From: an uncultured Flavobacteriaceae bacterium
GTDB taxonomy: Bacteria; Pseudomonadota; Alphaproteobacteria; Micropepsales; Micropepsaceae
NCBI GenBank assembly: GCA_964493795.1
Contig: CAZBPO010000002.1
Coordinates: 1,014 to 44,063 of the forward strand
Direction of reading: 5' to 3'
Length of the DNA: 43,050 nt
Shown here one piece after another: positions 1-9,207 of the stretch (positions are counted from its first letter, which is position 1; each line of letters starts with the position of its first letter). The translations under genes were made by a program, and so were the position numbers. The notes under the pieces were generated by a model. That model saw nothing but the letters and a program-made list of their open reading frames with translations. It was not told the DNA's origin and searched no databases.

Positions 1-389
1 ACCGGGCGCAGGCCGATGGCGCAGCCGCCGGGCAGCGAGACGCGGGCCCTGTGCGCCCGGGCCAGCAGCGGCCCCAGCACGAAGAAGCTGGCGCGCATCT
101 TCCGCACCAGATCATACGGCGCTTCGGTGGAGGCGATTTCGCGCGCCTGCAGCGTCATCACATGGTTGAACGCGCCGCCGGGCGCGTCGGTCATGGTGAT
201 CTCCACCCCCAGCAGGCGCAGTAATTCGCCCAGCTGGGCGATGTCGGCCAGCGCCGGCATGTTGGTGAGGGTCAGCTTTTCGGGCGTCAGCAGGCTCGCC
301 ACCATCAGCGGCAAGGCGGCGTTCTTGGCCCCGGAGATGGGGATGTCGCCGGTCAGCCGGTTGCCGCCGCGAATGACGATGGAATCCAT
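1..389 (-). CDS. murA: UDP-N-acetylglucosamine 1-carboxyvinyltransferase (5' part; runs off window)
   Basis: Manual translation from ATG at 389: [29 protein letters not shown]...[20 protein letters not shown]...[12 protein letters not shown]. Contains the MurA GAKNA, RKMRAS and PGGCAIG motifs. Absent from the ORF track because it is truncated. Confidence 0.97.
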   Translation of the reverse strand, partial: MDSIVIRGGNRLTGDIPISGAKNAALPLMVASLLTPEKLTLTNMPALADIAQLGELLRLLGVEITMTDAPGGAFNHVMTLQAREIASTEAPYDLVRKMRASFFVLGPLLARAHRARVSLPGGCAIGLRP

Positions 390-549
390 GAATTCTATGC
401 CCGCACTGGTCTGCGGCGGGATCGTGGCGCAGGACTGCCGCCCGTCATCGTTTCCCCGCCGGAAAGGATGCGTTCATAAAGGATGGCGATGGCCGTCACA
501 ATCGAAGTGTAGGCTTGGGGCGAAGTGTCGGCCCCGGAGCCGGCCGTCC

Positions 550-723
550 TCACTCCGGCGACCGGGCAGGCGGGGGTTCGGAAAGGATTTCGGCCAAGGC
601 TTCAGGCGGCTTCGGCTCGCCCCCGGCCGCATTCTGGGCGCGGGCCTGGGCCTTGCGGCGGCGCAGATTGGCCTTCAGGGCCTCGGCCTGACGGCGTTCG
701 CGCTCGGTGCGGGGGTCGCTCAT
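550..723 (-). CDS. Small basic hypothetical protein (57 aa) upstream of murA
   Basis: Manual translation MSDPRTERERRQAEALKANLRRRKAQARAQ...SPE*. Resembles the short ALxxNLxRRKxQ ORFs seen before murA in alphaproteobacteria. Confidence 0.65.
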   Translation of the reverse strand: MSDPRTERERRQAEALKANLRRRKAQARAQNAAGGEPKPPEALAEILSEPPPARSPE

Positions 724-766
724 GGGGGCCGGTTTACGCCCGGCAGGAATTCCGCGCCAGCGGGGT

Positions 767-794
767 TTGCGCCGGGCGATGCTTCCTGTATAGC
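767..794 (+). promoter_or_regulatory. Putative sigma70 promoter of tRNA-Thr
   Basis: TTGCGC-N16-TATAGC ending 20 nt before the tRNA 5' end. Confidence 0.35.
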
Positions 795-814
795 ACCGCC
801 CTCCCGCCGGACGG

Positions 815-889
<75 letters not shown>

Positions 890-893
890 GCGG

Positions 894-916
894 AACCGCG
901 GACCTCTGCGGTTTTT
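894..916 (+). terminator. Putative intrinsic terminator after tRNA-Thr
   Basis: AACCGCGG-acct-CTGCGGTT hairpin (one G-U pair) running into a T tract. Confidence 0.5.
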
Positions 917-1069
917 CGGCCATCGTCCGCGTGCTGAGACCCCGGCCACCGCCGCCCGCTGCAGAACAATGCAGGAAACCGCAGCCTGATCTGGCACGGT
1001 TTTGACACGCGAAATCTCGAATCGTTCCGGCCTTGACGCGCGCTTTGGGCGCTGTGGCAGGCTCCGCGC

Positions 1070-1594
1070 ATGACCCTGCCCCGCTATACACCTGAGATAG
1101 TTCGCGCGATGTCGTCCGACGAGGTCGAGGCGGCCCTGCGCCGCGAGCGCGAGGCGGCCAGAACCGAGGGGAAGCGCGCGGCGCTGAGCGGGTCGCCAGC
1201 GCCGCGTGCGCCGCGCCCGGCGGCGACCTACAACGACCAGGTGCTGGCCGAGGTGATCGCCGTGTGCCAGCCGCCCCGCACCGCGCCGCGCGATCAGCCG
1301 GTCACGGTCCCGGCCGGGGTGCTGCGGACCCTGATCGACTATGCTCACGCCGGCGACCAGGCGCGCTGGAACCGGCTGAACCACATCCCTGACGATCCCT
1401 GCCCGCTGGACGCGCTCAAGATGCAGATCGAGATCAAGCTGGCCGCCATGGCGGCGCGGCGGGAGATTCCGGCACTGCGCGGCGGGCAGTGGGAGGAACG
1501 CGAGGCGGCCCTCACCGCCCTGGCCGAGGCCATCGCGCGAACGCTGGACGAGGCGTATGTTTTCGCGCCGCGGATCAGGACAGGGAGGCGCTGA
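1070..1594 (+). CDS. Hypothetical protein (174 aa), translationally coupled to SRAP
   Basis: High-GC3 ORF whose TGA overlaps the SRAP ATG (TGATG at 1592-1596). Confidence 0.75.
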   Translation: MTLPRYTPEIVRAMSSDEVEAALRREREAARTEGKRAALSGSPAPRAPRPAATYNDQVLAEVIAVCQPPRTAPRDQPVTVPAGVLRTLIDYAHAGDQARWNRLNHIPDDPCPLDALKMQIEIKLAAMAARREIPALRGGQWEEREAALTALAEAIARTLDEAYVFAPRIRTGRR

Positions 1595-2298
1595 TGTGCG
1601 GGAAGTTCACCGCGATGGCGAGCTGGGCCGAGGTCGTCGCCTTTTCCCAGCCGCTCGACAGCACCCGTGAGGGCGGCGGCGGCGGCGAGGCCGGTGGCGG
1701 CGGTAACGACCGCGAACTGACCTATCGGGTGAACGGCCAGATGCCCGTGATCATCTGGGATGCCGAGCAGGGGCGCAGGCGAGTCGTGCCGATGCGCTGG
1801 GGTTATCCCGATCCGAAAGACTGGCGACGGCCCCAGCCGATCCACGCCCGCGCCGAGACCATCGACCAGCGGCCGACCTTCCGGAAGTCTTTCGTCGAAG
1901 GCCGGCGCGGCATCATCGTGTTCCGCACCTTCAACGAGGGCGAAGAGGTGCCGACCAAGACCGGCCGCACCAAGACGGTTCAATGGACCGTCGATCCGTC
2001 AGACGGGGTGATGCGCGGCTTCGCCTTCCTGTGGAACAGCTTCAACATCCCCGATCTGCCCGCGCCCCTTCTGGCCTGCGTCATGACGACCGTGCCGGCG
2101 AACGAACTGATCCGGACGAAGATCCAGCCCAACGACCCCGACCCGCGCATGCCGGCGATCCTGGCGGACGACGATGGCGTGTGGGCGCAATGGCTGGGCG
2201 AACGCGAGACGACGCCGGAGGAAGCCAAGGCGCTCCTCAAAACCGTCGAGGGCGTCCACTGGCAGGCCGCGCCGGAGAAGAAGGCCCCGAAGCGCTGA
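1594..2298 (+). CDS. SOS response-associated peptidase (SRAP/YedK/HMCES family)
   Basis: True start MCGKF gives Cys2; motifs MRWG, HARAET, RRG, FNEG, MTTVPAN, RMPAIL. The ORF-track start at 1489 is too early. Confidence 0.9.
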   Translation: MCGKFTAMASWAEVVAFSQPLDSTREGGGGGEAGGGGNDRELTYRVNGQMPVIIWDAEQGRRRVVPMRWGYPDPKDWRRPQPIHARAETIDQRPTFRKSFVEGRRGIIVFRTFNEGEEVPTKTGRTKTVQWTVDPSDGVMRGFAFLWNSFNIPDLPAPLLACVMTTVPANELIRTKIQPNDPDPRMPAILADDDGVWAQWLGERETTPEEAKALLKTVEGVHWQAAPEKKAPKR

Positions 2299-2528
2299 CG
2301 GGCAACTTGTAACGAAGGCTTACAGGTTCGGCACCAAACCGAATCGCACCCCAAGGCATTGATGTTGTTCCGATATCGAAATGCAGATACCGGAAAACAG
2401 GCACGTCCGGCGCCATGCTTGCTGACCAGCACAGCAAAGGGCCGACCCGGTGAAGGATCGGCCCCCGAACTATTGAGGATCGCTCAAGAGTTCGACCGCG
2501 CCAGCCCGAAGGCCAGCGGGGCGACAAC

Positions 2529-2720
2529 TCAGAGCTTTCGGATCACCTCGTCGATGGTCTCGGCCTTGCGCCGGCCTAACCTGATCTCGATCTCCAACCG
2601 CGCCATTCTCAGCAGGTGCGCCAAGAACGCATCGCCGCGCGCCATCGCCTCATGCTCGCACCGCGAGATCTGCACCTCTGCATAGACCAGCTCGGCCCGC
2701 TCTCTCTTCGTGATCGCCAT
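2529..2720 (-). CDS. Small hypothetical protein (63 aa)
   Basis: SD-like GAGGGGG before MAITKRERAELV; helical LAHLLRMARLE segment. Confidence 0.55.
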   Translation of the reverse strand: MAITKRERAELVYAEVQISRCEHEAMARGDAFLAHLLRMARLEIEIRLGRRKAETIDEVIRKL

Positions 2721-2832
2721 TTGCATCCCCCTCATTCCGCCCGAAATGGGCGGCCGAGGGATCAGACGCGCCGGTCGGCGGCATGTCGGTGGGGTCTGCC
2801 ACACGCGACAATGAACCCCATCTCGGGGCTCT

Positions 2833-3042
2833 TCAGTCTTCTGACGGAGCCGGCTCCAACTCCGCGCCACGCGCCAGGACAGCGGTGCGGAAGCCGGGCA
2901 GGAGACGGCGCACACGGTGCATGATGTCTGCTGGGCTGCAGTCCGGCGGGTCGGTAAGGTCGTCACGGTGGGTGACGAAAAACGCCTCGGCGTAATCGAT
3001 CAGCTTGTCGATCTCGGCAGCGAACGCCTCATAGTCGGGCAT
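2833..3042 (-). CDS. Small hypothetical protein (69 aa)
   Basis: AAGGAG SD before the ATG; directly follows the fibre gene. Confidence 0.65.
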   Translation of the reverse strand: MPDYEAFAAEIDKLIDYAEAFFVTHRDDLTDPPDCSPADIMHRVRRLLPGFRTAVLARGAELEPAPSED

Positions 3043-3061
3043 AGCATCAATCTCCTTCTCG

Positions 3062-6000
3062 CTACTCGACCGAAACGACCGAGATTCTTTGGGTGGAGGG
3101 GGCGACCGGAACGCCGGTGTCGAGCGTCCTGCTCGTGAGCCGTGCCCGATACCTGAAATCGGCCATGGAGGCGTGGGTGTCGGTGACCGTCATCGCCCCG
3201 CCCATCCCGCCCACGAAGTAGCTTTCCTCGGGAGCGGACTGGGGCACGCGATCGACATAGCCATCGACGACCAGCGTTGAGCCGACCTGCGACCACGTCA
3301 CGCCGGCGTCAAGGCTGCGCTCCAGCACCAGGGTCGCTGCGACCGGCCGCGACCATGACAGCCCGCCGACGCCGTCGGTCTGGCTCCACTCCGCCGCGTA
3401 CGAGAGCGTCACCGATTTCGGCTCGCCATTGGTCCCAAAGGGCCCCAGAACGACCGCGGCGCCGCTGCCGGTGTCGGATGTTTGAATCGCGTTGGCCAAA
3501 TCGCCGATGAGAAGCGCATCGCGGAACCGCCCACCACCGGCTGTCGTCAAGCAGAAGGTCGCGTTTGATGGCGTCATATCCTCGATGTCGATCGAAGCCG
3601 GCCCGAACCACACGATCAGGTTTTCCGCCGCGCCGAAACCGACGCCGAAAATCGCGCGCGCGTTGGCGGCGGTGAACACGATGCCGGGCACATCCGGATC
3701 GATGGCGATCGTCGACCCCACGAACAGCTTGTTCCACACATAGACATTGCCGGCGATCATCCTCATCGCCTCGACCACGCTGCCGTTGCTGGGGTTCGCG
3801 AACCGCAGCACGGTCGAAACCAGATCGAGGAAAGAACCGTCCTTGCCGGCGCGCAGCCTGATCGCGCCGAGATCCCCGCCGCCGGCGGCGACGACCGTCT
3901 CCCACCAGGCCGCCTGTGCTTCGATAGTCGCCAGCGCGCCGGCCTGCGTCGCAATCTGCGACTGCAGGGCGGCATCGCCGGACGTGACGCTCGCCGACAG
4001 GGTGGAGACAGTCGAAGCCAGGGCTGCTGTTTCCGACGCCGCCGTCGTGGCGACGCCATCGATCCGAGCTTTCAGGTTCGTCTGACCGTTCCGCGCATTC
4101 GTGATCTCGGTCGACAGGCCGGATACCGTCGTCGCTACCGCTGTTGTGGCGCTGGCGGCAGCGGTGGCTTCGTCGGTAATGCGCGCGTTGAGACTGGCCT
4201 TGCCGCCTCGCGCGCTCGTGACCTCAGCGGACAGCGTCGAAAGATTGCTCGCGACGGTCGCCGTCGCATTGGCTGCTGTCGTGGCCTCGCTGTCGATCCG
4301 GGCGCTGAGCGCCGCCTCTCCGGTGACGTCCGTCCAGTCGAGGATAGCCACCTCGACCTGACCGTCGGAGCCGCCCGTCGCAGAAAACTTCCCGGTCCGC
4401 GCCCTGCCGAAAAACGCATCGGGATTGATCTCCCAAATCTGCTCGGCCGTGCGGACAACCTCATACTCGGTCCAGGTGCCTACAGCAGGCAAAGCGGGCG
4501 TGCCGCCGAGCGTGACGGCGTTCGACGTCGCAAGCACTGCTCCCGAGGCGCCGAACAGAAGAATTTGCGCCAGCCGCGCCAGGCTGTGGCCGTTCGTCGG
4601 CGCGGCGGACGCCCTGATCTTGATTTTCAGCTTGTAGGAATGGCCCGCGATGATCGGCGCCATGCCCTTGTGCGACAGCAACTCGGTCTGCGGCGTCGTC
4701 GATGAGCGCCAGACAGGGCCGATGCCGGTGACGACCTGACGTGACCCCTGCGCGATGTCCGGAGGCATGCTGCTACCGGTCGACGTCGTGAAGTACGAAA
4801 TGTCGTCAGGGGTGGGAGGCAACGTCGCCTTTTTGGCGGACGCCGAAAGCCCCGAAACGGTCGAAGCCACTGCCGCCACATCCGAGGCTGCGGTGCTGGC
4901 GACGTTGCTGATCCGGGCCGCCAGGTTGGGCTGGCCGGCACGGGCCGTCGCAACTTCGGCAGAGAGCGTCGAGAGGTTGGTCGCGACGGTGGCGGTTGCG
5001 TTCGCGGCGGTTGTCGCCTCATGGCCGATCCGCGCGTTCAGGCTGGCCTGCGCCCCACGCGCGCCGACGATCTCGGACTGCATGACCGAAACGTCGGAAG
5101 CGACGGCGGTGGTCGCATTGGCGGCGGTTGTCGCTTCGGCGCTGATACGGGCGGCGAGGTTGGATTGCCCGCCGCGCGCCGCCACGACTTCGGCCGACAG
5201 GCCAGAGAGATTGCTGGCGACGGTGGCGGTTTCAGAGGCGGCTGTCGTCGCGACCCCGTCGATCCGCGCCTTCAGGTTATCCTGGCCGCCGCGCGCCGCG
5301 TTGACCTCAGACGAAACCCCCGAAACCGTGCTGGCGACGGCGGCTGTCGCGCTTGCGGCGGCGCTGGCCTCGTTGTCGATGCGCGCCTTCAGACTTGAGG
5401 CGCCGTCACGGGCCGCGCTTACTTCTGCTGCCAGCCCGGAAACCGCCGACGCGACCGTCGCTGTTTCGGACGCCGCGGTCGATGCCACGGCGTCGACGCG
5501 GGCTTTGAGATTCGGCTGCCCTGCCCGCGCCGCCACGACTTCTGCGGAGAGGCCGGAAACGGTTGTGGCAACGGCCGCAGTCGCGTTGGCTGCGGTTGTC
5601 GCCTCATCCGAAATCCTGGCGGTAAGCGCCGCCTCCGCTGTGATGTCGGTCCATTCCAGCAGCTCGACTTCGACCTGACCATCGGGCGTGCCGGTCGGCG
5701 ACCACTTCGCGGTGCGTGCGCGGGCATAGCAGGTCTCCGTTCTTACCGCCCTGATCTGCGCAGCAGTGACGATCGTCTCGAAAGCCAGCCAGGCCGCGCC
5801 GCCCGGGAACGCGGGCGAGGACGAGAGCGTCATCGAATTGGTGCCGCCCAGCAGCGCGCCATCCGCGCCGAAAAGCATCAGCTGGCAAAGCCGTGTCAGG
5901 GCATGGCCATTGCTCGAGAGCGTAAGCGCCCGCGCCCGCAGGACCAGCCGGTAGCTGTGCCCGTCGATGATCGGCTGCGCGCCCTTGTGCGCGATATAGT

Positions 6001-8920
6001 CGGTTGTCGCGCCGCTCCGCGAGCGCCAGACCTTGCCGACGCCAGCGGCGGTCTCCGAGGTGCCCTGGCTGACGTCCGGCGCCGAAGCGGTGATCGCCGT
6101 TCCGGTCGAATTGGTGAAGAAGCTGAGATCGCTCAGCGAGCGCGGCAATGCCGCTTTCCGCGCGGAAGCCGACAGGGTCGAAACGGTGTTGGCCACGGCC
6201 GTCGTGTCGGATGCCGCAGTCGTGGCTACGCCTTCGATCCGCGCATTGAGGCTCGCCTGCCCGGCGCGCGCCGTTGTGACTTCGCTTTGCAGGGTCGAAA
6301 GATTCGAGGCGACGGTGGCCGTAGCAGACGCCGCCGTAGAAGCCTCGTTCGAAATCCGCGAACTGAGACTGGCTTGTCCTCCCCGTGCGGCGACCACTTC
6401 GCTCTGCAGCGTCGTCAGGTTCGACGCGACGGTCGCTGTCTCCGAGGCGGCGGTGCTGGCGACCCCGTCGATCCGGGACTTCAGGGTTTCAGCCCCGTTC
6501 CGTGCGTTTGAGACCTCAGCGGATAGGCCCGACACCGTGGTCGCGACGCTCGCAGTCGCATTGGCGGCCGTCGTCGCCTCATGAGAGATGCGGGCAGCGA
6601 GGCTCGCCTGCGCGCCTCGCGCCGATTGGACCTCGCTCTGAAGGCTGGATACGGTCGATGCGACCACCGCCGTCTCGGAAGCCGCTGTCGAAGCGACCGT
6701 GCTGATCCTGGCGCCGAGGCTCGCCTCGCCGCCTCTTGCGCCCGTCACCTCCGACTGGATGGTCGACACTGTCGAGGCCACCGCCGCTGTGGCGCTGGCC
6801 GCCGTGGAGGCCTCGTCGGATATCCGGGCGGCGAGGCTTGCTTTGCCGGCGCGGGCCGACGTCACCTCGGATTGCAAAGTCGTCAGGTTCGACGCGACCG
6901 TCGCCGTTTCGTTGGCCGCTGTCGTGGCGACGCCATCAATGCGCGACTTCAGGCTCGCTTGGCCGTTTCGGGCATTCGCAACCTCTGCCGATAGCCCGGA
7001 AACGGTGGTCGCAACAGCGGCCGTCGCGTTGGCGGCCGTCGTCGCCTCAAAGGATATTCTCGCGTCAAGCACCGCCTCCGCGGTGACGTCAGCCCATTCC
7101 AGAACGGCGACTTCGACCTGACCGTCCGATCCGCCCGTCGCAGAAAACTTCCCGGTCCGCGCCCGAGCGAAGCGTGCGTCGGGATTGGTGGCCCAAATCT
7201 GCTCAGCCGTGCGCCGGATAGAATACTCGGCCCACGTCCCCACGGCGGGAAGCGCCGGCGTGCCGCCCAGCGTGACCACGTTCGAAGAGCCGAGGACCGA
7301 CCCGCTCGCGCCGAACAGCAGAACCTGGGCGAGCCGCGCCAGGCTGTGTCCATTCGTCGCGGCGGCGACCGCACGGACCTTGATCGTCAGATCGTAGGAA
7401 TGGCCCGCCAAAAGGGGCAGCATCCCTTTGTGAGCCAGCAACTCGGTTTGCGGCGTCGTCGACGAGCGCCAGACCGGGCCGATCTCCGCGACCACCTGGC
7501 GCGATCCCTGCGCGATATCCGGCGCGGGATTATTGCCGGTCGCCGTCGTAAAATAGCCGATATCGTCGGGGGTTCGCGGCAGCGTCGCCTTCCTGGCCGA
7601 CGCGGACAGCGACGAAACCGTGGAGGCGATCGCAGCGGCTTCCGACGCGGCGGTGCTGGCGACGTTGTTGATCCGGGCATTCAGGCTCGACTGGCCGGCG
7701 CGGGCCGAGACGATCTCCGCCGAGAGGGTGGACACGCTTGTCGCCACCGCGGCGGTCGCCGTCGAGGCGGTCGTGGCCTCTTCGCTGATGCGGGCGGCCA
7801 GACTCGCCCTGCCGCCACGCGCCGTCGTCACCTCGCTTTGCAAGGTGGTCAGATTGCTCGCGACAGTCGCCGTGTCCGACGCCGCCGTCGTGGCGACATT
7901 GTCGATGCGTGATTTAAGGCTCGCGCTTCCCCCGCGCGCCGTCACGACCTCTGCGGAAAGATCGGACACGGTGGTCGCGATCACCGCTGTTTCCGACGCC
8001 GCAGTCGTCGCCACCTGACTGATGCGCGCGGCAAGGCTCGCCTGCCCGCCTCTGGCCGTCACGACCTCGCTCTGAATCGTGGCGGCCGTCGAGGCGACCG
8101 TCGCAGTTTCAGCGGCAGCCGTGATGACGACGTTGTCGATCCGCGACTTCAGGTTCGCTTCGCCGTGCCGCGCCGCTGTCACCTCTGCGGAAAGGCCGGA
8201 CACGCTGGTCTCGATCACCCCGTCGGCGGCCGCGCGGGCCAAGGCCTCCGACGCGATCTGCCCTGCCAGCGACAGCAGTTCGGCGGTCGCGGCGTCGACG
8301 TCGGCGCGCACCGCCCCGCCGGCCGCAAGGAGGTCGTCGACGTCGGACCCCAGGCTGGCGACGGCGGCGTCCAGATCGGTTCGGATGCCGGAGGCGTCCG
8401 CGAAAAGCGACGCCACGTCGCTTTCCAGCGTCGCCACCGCCGCATCCATGTCCGCCCTGATCGCCACGCCGTCGGCCAGCAGGTCGGATACGTCGGCTTC
8501 AAGCGCCGCCACGGCGGCGTCCATATCGGCGCGGATCGTGGCCGTTTCGGAAAGAAGGCCGGCGACGTCTGCGTCAAGAACCGCAACGGCGGCGTCAAGA
8601 TCGGTGCGGATCGCGCCGGCCTCGGCAAGCAGCGCGTCGACGGCCTCTGCCAGCCCGCCGGCCTCGGCGATGAACGCATCGAGTTCGTCGCTGACCGCAT
8701 CCACATCGGCGCGCAAGGATTCGGCGTCGCCGGCGGCCGCCTCGGCGATGGCGTCGATCCTCGACTTCAGATCCGGCGCACCGCTTCGCGCGGCCGCCAT
8801 CTCGGCGGCAACGCTGGCGGCAGTCTCGTCGCCGACCGTGTTGAAGAATTCGATGACCGCGTTCAGCTTCGCCCTGACCGAGCCGCCGCTGTCCCTGTTG
8901 GCGATCAGGTCGAGGGTCAT
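3062..8920 (-). CDS. Long coiled-coil tail/side fibre protein (1952 aa) with three inserted beta-sandwich-like domains
   Basis: 25-aa and 39-aa coiled-coil repeats; three ~170-aa paralogous inserts; beta-rich C-terminus starting AWWETVVAAGGGDLGAIRL, similar to DUF1983/tip-protein regions. Confidence 0.8.
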   Translation of the reverse strand: MTLDLIANRDSGGSVRAKLNAVIEFFNTVGDETAASVAAEMAAARSGAPDLKSRIDAIAEAAAGDAESLRADVDAVSDELDAFIAEAGGLAEAVDALLAEAGAIRTDLDAAVAVLDADVAGLLSETATIRADMDAAVAALEADVSDLLADGVAIRADMDAAVATLESDVASLFADASGIRTDLDAAVASLGSDVDDLLAAGGAVRADVDAATAELLSLAGQIASEALARAAADGVIETSVSGLSAEVTAARHGEANLKSRIDNVVITAAAETATVASTAATIQSEVVTARGGQASLAARISQVATTAASETAVIATTVSDLSAEVVTARGGSASLKSRIDNVATTAASDTATVASNLTTLQSEVTTARGGRASLAARISEEATTASTATAAVATSVSTLSAEIVSARAGQSSLNARINNVASTAASEAAAIASTVSSLSASARKATLPRTPDDIGYFTTATGNNPAPDIAQGSRQVVAEIGPVWRSSTTPQTELLAHKGMLPLLAGHSYDLTIKVRAVAAATNGHSLARLAQVLLFGASGSVLGSSNVVTLGGTPALPAVGTWAEYSIRRTAEQIWATNPDARFARARTGKFSATGGSDGQVEVAVLEWADVTAEAVLDARISFEATTAANATAAVATTVSGLSAEVANARNGQASLKSRIDGVATTAANETATVASNLTTLQSEVTSARAGKASLAARISDEASTAASATAAVASTVSTIQSEVTGARGGEASLGARISTVASTAASETAVVASTVSSLQSEVQSARGAQASLAARISHEATTAANATASVATTVSGLSAEVSNARNGAETLKSRIDGVASTAASETATVASNLTTLQSEVVAARGGQASLSSRISNEASTAASATATVASNLSTLQSEVTTARAGQASLNARIEGVATTAASDTTAVANTVSTLSASARKAALPRSLSDLSFFTNSTGTAITASAPDVSQGTSETAAGVGKVWRSRSGATTDYIAHKGAQPIIDGHSYRLVLRARALTLSSNGHALTRLCQLMLFGADGALLGGTNSMTLSSSPAFPGGAAWLAFETIVTAAQIRAVRTETCYARARTAKWSPTGTPDGQVEVELLEWTDITAEAALTARISDEATTAANATAAVATTVSGLSAEVVAARAGQPNLKARVDAVASTAASETATVASAVSGLAAEVSAARDGASSLKARIDNEASAAASATAAVASTVSGVSSEVNAARGGQDNLKARIDGVATTAASETATVASNLSGLSAEVVAARGGQSNLAARISAEATTAANATTAVASDVSVMQSEIVGARGAQASLNARIGHEATTAANATATVATNLSTLSAEVATARAGQPNLAARISNVASTAASDVAAVASTVSGLSASAKKATLPPTPDDISYFTTSTGSSMPPDIAQGSRQVVTGIGPVWRSSTTPQTELLSHKGMAPIIAGHSYKLKIKIRASAAPTNGHSLARLAQILLFGASGAVLATSNAVTLGGTPALPAVGTWTEYEVVRTAEQIWEINPDAFFGRARTGKFSATGGSDGQVEVAILDWTDVTGEAALSARIDSEATTAANATATVASNLSTLSAEVTSARGGKASLNARITDEATAAASATTAVATTVSGLSTEITNARNGQTNLKARIDGVATTAASETAALASTVSTLSASVTSGDAALQSQIATQAGALATIEAQAAWWETVVAAGGGDLGAIRLRAGKDGSFLDLVSTVLRFANPSNGSVVEAMRMIAGNVYVWNKLFVGSTIAIDPDVPGIVFTAANARAIFGVGFGAAENLIVWFGPASIDIEDMTPSNATFCLTTAGGGRFRDALLIGDLANAIQTSDTGSGAAVVLGPFGTNGEPKSVTLSYAAEWSQTDGVGGLSWSRPVAATLVLERSLDAGVTWSQVGSTLVVDGYVDRVPQSAPEESYFVGGMGGAMTVTDTHASMADFRYRARLTSRTLDTGVPVAPSTQRISVVSVE
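3990..8190 (-). repeat. Degenerate 117-bp (39-aa) tandem repeats, about 20 full copies in four blocks (5/7/6/2)
   Basis: Consensus EVxxARxGQASLxARIxxxATTAAxxTAxVASxVSxLSA, counted by eye in the translation. Confidence 0.9.
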
Positions 8921-9207
8921 GCGCCGTCATTCCACGCGGCAAAGTCCAGCCACCGCCCCCGGTCTTCCCACCGTCCGTCGAGCAGCAGCCAGTCATTGAT
9001 CAGCGGCAGCAGGCGCGCCGTCATGACCACCGGTGACAGCTGGCGCGCCGTCATCGTCACGAACGCGGTGATCTGACGAATGGTCAGGATCACCGGCGCT
9101 TTCTGCCTGGCCACGACCCGGATCACCGTCGGGGGCCGACGCCGCGCGACGACGACGATCGGCTTCATCTGCCGCACGGTCGTCACGATGAGGTTGCGGG
9201 CGCTCAC
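8917..9207 (-). CDS. Small protein with ~11-aa repeats and a Trp-rich C-terminus (96 aa)
   Basis: 4-bp overlaps with both neighbours; repeated VxxRxxxP units; WLLLDGRWEDRGRWLDFAAW tail. Confidence 0.7.
   Translation of the reverse strand: MSARNLIVTTVRQMKPIVVVARRRPPTVIRVVARQKAPVILTIRQITAFVTMTARQLSPVVMTARLLPLINDWLLLDGRWEDRGRWLDFAAWNDGA

Noticed and set aside
2325..2336. GTTCGGCACCA as a second att core (tRNA 3' duplicate)
   Set aside because: Only the last few bases match the tRNA end. No convincing duplicate or integrase was found in the window.
5421..5546. Extra GCAGAAGT copies (minus strand) inside the fibre gene
   Set aside because: Explained by Ala-Glu-Val codons of the protein repeat; no adjacent start codon or SD hairpin.
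3990..8190. Regularly spaced repeats as a possible CRISPR array or DGR template/variable repeats
   Set aside because: Degenerate in-frame coding repeats with no unique spacers. No cas or reverse transcriptase gene in the window, and differences are not visibly adenine-specific.
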